Origin: an uncultured virus (IMG/VR IMGVR_UViG_2061766007_000524)
Taxonomy: Duplodnaviria > Heunggongvirae > Uroviricota > Caudoviricetes
IMG/VR virus record: IMGVR_UViG_2061766007_000524
Direction: 5' to 3' (one strand)
Length of the DNA: 64,000 nucleotides
Shown here: positions 60,067 to 64,000 of the stretch, piece after piece
How the letters are laid out: every line of letters starts with the position of its first letter
Numbering within the stretch: position 1 is the first letter of the stretch
The notes under the pieces: generated by a model
Told to the model about the DNA's origin: nothing
Seen by the model: only the letters and a program-made list of their open reading frames with translations
The model's database searches: none
Position numbers and translations under genes: made by a program

Positions 60067-61485
60067 TTATTCTCTGATGCCCTTACGTCTGAGAAGGCTC
60101 CCAACCGTGTCATGGTCATCCTCTTTGCTGTTGAGCTTATCCCAGATAAGGACGGACTTGTTTTTTTCGGCATTGGCCTTGTTGAGCTTCTGCACTTCGT
60201 CAAGGCACAGTGCCTTTACTCTCAGTTCGACTTCGGATTCACCAATCCAAGCGCCCTCTGCATTGACCTTCTCGGTGTACATACCTTCGTCAATGTCCTT
60301 GTTGATTGCTTCAAGGACTTTCTCGGAGATTGCATTCTCAGCGAACTGGTTGAAAGCTTTCAGAGTATTAGCTGCACACTCTTTCGCACTCTTGACACGT
60401 CTTGCCGCTTCTGCTTTACGCATTTCGGCAATCGTTGCCATAGCGGTGTTGAGAGCTTCATTTGCTTTCTGCTCTGCTTCCTGTGCGTTTTTGCAGTTGG
60501 CGTTTGCATCTTCAATCACTTCATTCATGCCATCCATGACAGCATCAAGGCCGACAGAAAAGCAATTACCTTCTGCGCTGTTATCACAATCGAAAGTCAC
60601 AATGCCGTTGCAGCTCATGATTTTTTCAACTGCGATAGTTTCATCCACATTTTTCATCTCGTATCTTGCAGTATCGCCATCTTTCGACAGGAGTGCTACG
60701 TGGATGCCCTTATCATCCTGTGCCGCCGCGAGAACGGTATAACCGTCGAATCTCTTGGACAGTTCAGCGCACTGCTTTTTGCTAAAGTAATTCAAGTTAT
60801 TCACTCCTTTTCGAGATTCAGTTTGTGTTTCTCTTACAGGTTCGTTATTCTCGTCCTCAATGTACGAAGCGGCTTTCATAATCTCCTCTTTCATGCCGTC
60901 TCTGATTTCGGACAAGTGCGACAGCGTTTTGATTTCCGCTCCCGCTACTGCGGGTGCAACGCCATCTCCTAATATTGTGATGCCAAGTACGATATATTCA
61001 TCTTCTACTGCAACATCACCTTCCATGTGTTCTTCGGTAACGAGCGTCTCAATGCTTACTTCCATGCGGCCCTGATCCGCAAGCTTTTGGCAAAGTTCCG
61101 GCGCGTACCATTTCCACAAATGGCTACGTAGTACAATCCACTCAGTTCCGTCAATTTCTTCGATTCTTGCAGCGTTTTCGCCAACCCATCCAACAATTCT
61201 CTCAGCGTCGGCTGCGGTAAAAGAAACATACTTTTCTCCTGTCTTTGGGTTAATCCGTTCGGTGTAGTTGTGACCATCTCCGACAACAGAACCGCCCATA
61301 AGGTATGCTGTCAAAACAGGAATTTCTGAAAACTGGTTTAAGTGCTGTTCAAGGTTGATGTACTTCCAGTTATTTCTATTTACTTTGGAATTGAGTGCTT
61401 TTATTTCAACAGGCATCAAGAATCTGTTTTTAGATTCCAGAATTTTTAATTCGCCTGTGAACTTTTTGATGTTCTGTTCTTCCAA
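60067..61485 (-). CDS. Prohead protease / scaffold protein
   Basis: VNRNNW, LWKWY, VSIE, GITILG..VAPA..GA protease-like N-terminus; coiled-coil C-terminus. Confidence 0.75.
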   Translation of the reverse strand: MEEQNIKKFTGELKILESKNRFLMPVEIKALNSKVNRNNWKYINLEQHLNQFSEIPVLTAYLMGGSVVGDGHNYTERINPKTGEKYVSFTAADAERIVGWVGENAARIEEIDGTEWIVLRSHLWKWYAPELCQKLADQGRMEVSIETLVTEEHMEGDVAVEDEYIVLGITILGDGVAPAVAGAEIKTLSHLSEIRDGMKEEIMKAASYIEDENNEPVRETQTESRKGVNNLNYFSKKQCAELSKRFDGYTVLAAAQDDKGIHVALLSKDGDTARYEMKNVDETIAVEKIMSCNGIVTFDCDNSAEGNCFSVGLDAVMDGMNEVIEDANANCKNAQEAEQKANEALNTAMATIAEMRKAEAARRVKSAKECAANTLKAFNQFAENAISEKVLEAINKDIDEGMYTEKVNAEGAWIGESEVELRVKALCLDEVQKLNKANAEKNKSVLIWDKLNSKEDDHDTVGSLLRRKGIRE

Positions 61486-61506
61486 AAGGTTTCACTCCTT
61501 TCAGAT

Positions 61507-63312
61507 TTATTTCAGAGAAAAAATATTCTCCTTTGCAATCGTCCGTGTCTCCGTCACTTGGCTGGAAATGGAACCTTCTTCTTCCGGTCTCCCAGCAGGA
61601 TTCAGTTCCTTTTCCGCTTCTGGATTTTCCATCGGGTGATTTCCTTTAGGTGGAAGTCCGCTTTCACTCTGCTTTGCAGAATATGTGCTTATCAGCGGGA
61701 TTCTCTTATCCAGAATGCCAACGGCATGTACGAAGTCACTGATTGCCATATCGTCAAGAATCGTCAGCCCGTTCATAGCGTCATATTTCAACGTATCGTT
61801 CAGAATGCCAAGCGTCATTCCTTTTCGAGCTGATTCAAGTTCTTCCGGACGGGAGAATATATCTCCGAACATTTCAAATCTCAGAGCTGTTTTCAGTTCC
61901 AGAGAATCAATAATGTCATTTATCATTGCTTCAAACGTGCGATAAATGATTTTTGGATATTCGGCGTTAATCTTCGCTGAAATCTGAGCCACGCCAACCT
62001 TCGGGTCATTGGTACTTGGGATAAGTGCTGCCAGTCCACTCTTTTGAATCTGGTCTGAAACAGCCGTAGTCGCAATGTCCGTGTTGGAGACGGTATCGCT
62101 TATCGTTTGGAGCTTCATGTTTTTGAACGGTGCTGCGTACAGGCCGATACCGCTTGTATTGTTGCGGTTGAGCATGTTGTACCAGAAGCGTTCAAACAGT
62201 TCCCTTTGTGACGGTGAGATTGCTACGGGGTCAGCGTTCGGAATGTTCTTCGTTTCGTAGACCGGAATCTCGCCAGTCATGATACTGGTTAACGGATTCA
62301 GAATAATTTCCATCTGAGCCGCTTCGTAGTTCGGAATCGACAGCATGGAAACCATCAGCCCGGTGTTCGGCGGTACAACTGCTTCCGTTCTATCTGATAT
62401 CTCAAACGTGATAACTTTATTGGCGGGAAGGTTAACCCAATAGTAATAGGTGTTGCCCGTCACATACCATTTCGGATTACCGATTGTCTTGGCAGCATTG
62501 AGCTTGTTGAACAAATCCGGATTGATTGAATATCCTCTTGCTGCTCCGTTGTAGACGTATCTGCCTTTGTCCTCTACAACCTCGCTAAATATCTGGACGT
62601 ATGGTTCAAACAAATCTCCGAACTGCCGCCAGTCTGTACCCGGTTGCAGGAAATACATCATGTTAAACGCAACAGTGTATTTCCCCGGCCCGTTGTTGTA
62701 ACCGATAATCTTGCACCAGTCTTGCGGTAACTGTTGGAGAAAAGCGTAGTTAACTTTGTTATGGCTCTTGTCTATGGAGTAACGTGGCGTATAGAACATC
62801 TTTCCATACTCTACGCACTTCCCGACAATCTCATGCCCTATCCGTTTCGGATTGATTGTCTTAACCAGCTTTTCGACAAGGAACAAATCTCTCTTTTGAG
62901 TTTCTACATCCGCTTTGTTTGGTGAATAAGTCGGATGTACATACCAATCGTATGTCAATATGTCCTGATATGTTTGGAGTATCAGGTCATAGGTTTTAGT
63001 TGTAGATGCGAGGGAAGAAGATACGCTGCGAAGTTCCTGCTCGTGGTTGTTCGGGTCTTTCACCATTTCCACAAGGTCGTTCTTCGTAACGTCCTTTGGG
63101 AGCGTGTCATACGCCTTTACACGCCTGTTTTGCACGAACGGTTCAAGCAGCATTGCCGCATAACCGCCAGCTCCTACAAACGCCTTATACGCTTCCTCAA
63201 CGGGAATATCCGCAAAGTCATTAGGAAGATTCATCATTCCCCTTGCAAGGGTCGAATAAGAATCGGAAGTTCTAACTTGTGCGTTATCTTTAACTGTTTC
63301 TTCCATTCTCAC
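61507..63312 (-). CDS. Portal protein
   Basis: About 600 aa between terminase and protease; QQLPQDWCKIIG...VAFNMMYF; C-terminal PL.STYS...AGRP. Confidence 0.8.
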   Translation of the reverse strand: MRMEETVKDNAQVRTSDSYSTLARGMMNLPNDFADIPVEEAYKAFVGAGGYAAMLLEPFVQNRRVKAYDTLPKDVTKNDLVEMVKDPNNHEQELRSVSSSLASTTKTYDLILQTYQDILTYDWYVHPTYSPNKADVETQKRDLFLVEKLVKTINPKRIGHEIVGKCVEYGKMFYTPRYSIDKSHNKVNYAFLQQLPQDWCKIIGYNNGPGKYTVAFNMMYFLQPGTDWRQFGDLFEPYVQIFSEVVEDKGRYVYNGAARGYSINPDLFNKLNAAKTIGNPKWYVTGNTYYYWVNLPANKVITFEISDRTEAVVPPNTGLMVSMLSIPNYEAAQMEIILNPLTSIMTGEIPVYETKNIPNADPVAISPSQRELFERFWYNMLNRNNTSGIGLYAAPFKNMKLQTISDTVSNTDIATTAVSDQIQKSGLAALIPSTNDPKVGVAQISAKINAEYPKIIYRTFEAMINDIIDSLELKTALRFEMFGDIFSRPEELESARKGMTLGILNDTLKYDAMNGLTILDDMAISDFVHAVGILDKRIPLISTYSAKQSESGLPPKGNHPMENPEAEKELNPAGRPEEEGSISSQVTETRTIAKENIFSLK

Positions 63313-63616
63313 CCCTCCGCTTCATCAGTTCTGTTCTGAATCTTTCCAAAAATTCTTTATCCTGCTGTTCACGCTTTTTAGCTTCTTCCGGATGTTCTTC
63401 CATCTGTTTCCGTTGCACTTCCGGAATAACACGATTCAGCCAACTCCAATCGTCCTCTTTGAACAGATGAATAAAATCGTCTGTCATTTCGACGGTTCCT
63501 TTAGGCTGTTCTTCCGCTATCACAAGGCAATGGTCGTTATTGGCAAAGAAGAACGGATAGCGTATCAATCTTTCAACTGACTTTGAAGTTGTAACGCAGC
63601 CCCACAGTTTATTCAT
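63290..63616 (-). CDS. Hypothetical protein
   Basis: ORF coupled to the terminase end and the portal start. Confidence 0.65.
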   Translation of the reverse strand: MNKLWGCVTTSKSVERLIRYPFFFANNDHCLVIAEEQPKGTVEMTDDFIHLFKEDDWSWLNRVIPEVQRKQMEEHPEEAKKREQQDKEFLERFRTELMKRRGENGRNS

Positions 63617-64000
63617 CTTGATAATGCTCCTCTGCCAAGCCGCTTAACGCTTCTTGTCCTAATCGGTATGTCACTCAGTCCTGTTCCTGTATAGCTTTCA
63701 GCGTATCGTTCCCATATATTACTTTTGCGGTTCTCGTAGTAGAGTTCTTCTTTCTCAAACCGCTGTGCAAGTCTTGAAGCATACAATAGCGCCGACCATT
63801 CGTCTTTCGGGATTCTTTCGGAAATTTCTTTTTCCGTCCAACCAACGGAAGAGTATTTCTTTTGAAGGTTCGCTATCTGCTGGCAAAGCTTATTTGTTTT
63901 CAAATACGGATGCTGAATCAGTGCATCGTCTCCGTCATCCGTTATGTTGTGTTTCAACTTATAAGCTTTCGTAGCATCAACGATATTTGAAGTGAGAAGC
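63613..64000 (-). CDS. Terminase large subunit, C-terminal end (runs off the window)
   Basis: PY..T..L..QI.NL...IPKDEWSALLYA nuclease-end motif; position upstream of portal. Confidence 0.7.
   Translation of the reverse strand, partial: LLTSNIVDATKAYKLKHNITDDGDDALIQHPYLKTNKLCQQIANLQKKYSSVGWTEKEISERIPKDEWSALLYASRLAQRFEKEELYYENRKSNIWERYAESYTGTGLSDIPIRTRSVKRLGRGALSR

Larger units (their letters stand above)
1..64000. mobile_element. Segment of a large tailed bacteriophage genome (siphovirus-like), two convergent transcription arms
   Basis: Ordered terminase-portal-protease-capsid-neck-tail-tape measure-fibre-lysis genes on the - strand; dense small ORFs on the + strand; no host housekeeping genes. 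Confidence 0.97.

Noticed and set aside
50582..60972. Long + strand ORFs 50582..51898, 55883..56689, 58125..59462, 59824..60972
   Set aside because: They are antisense shadows of strongly codon-biased structural genes, with no recognisable motifs or RBS
1..64000. Stop-codon reassignment
   Set aside because: Known genes (IscS, RT, tape measure, portal) are full length in the standard bacterial code

Overview
This window is 64 kb of a large tailed phage (Caudoviricetes, siphovirus-type tail), probably infecting a Clostridia/Bacillota host. That host assignment is inferred from RBS and promoter style, an XkdX gene, an LL-H-type holin and a Tad1 homologue. Two arms converge at a bidirectional terminator near 29.3 kb. 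The + arm (1-29.3 kb) holds about 70 small early/accessory genes, many behind a phage-specific promoter motif (TTTGCACYTTT...RTTC, 13 complete copies with invariant 16-nt spacing). It also encodes three sigma-region-4-containing proteins (one fused to an RNAP alpha-CTD), a tyrosine recombinase, a RuvC-like resolvase and a cysteine desulfurase. The - arm (29.3-64 kb) holds the end of the terminase, portal, protease/scaffold, capsid, neck, tail, tape measure and fibre genes, and lysis genes. It also carries a complete diversity-generating retroelement (target VR, avd, TR, RT), the anti-defence sponge Tad1, a second recombinase with a divergent HTH gene, an antisense RHH + GIY-YIG insertion and a divergent tRNA-Met(CAT). 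The standout is at 15312-16816: a stand-alone RAMP/Cas7-like gene followed immediately by a 414-nt non-coding array. The array has six units split by GGATTNNNN, built from 72 perfectly phased pentamers (a GGY-type scaffold triplet plus a variable NN). It is a candidate RNA-guided system using a non-contiguous dinucleotide code. All protein calls come from motif recognition by eye; no database searches were run. Several N gaps interrupt genes.
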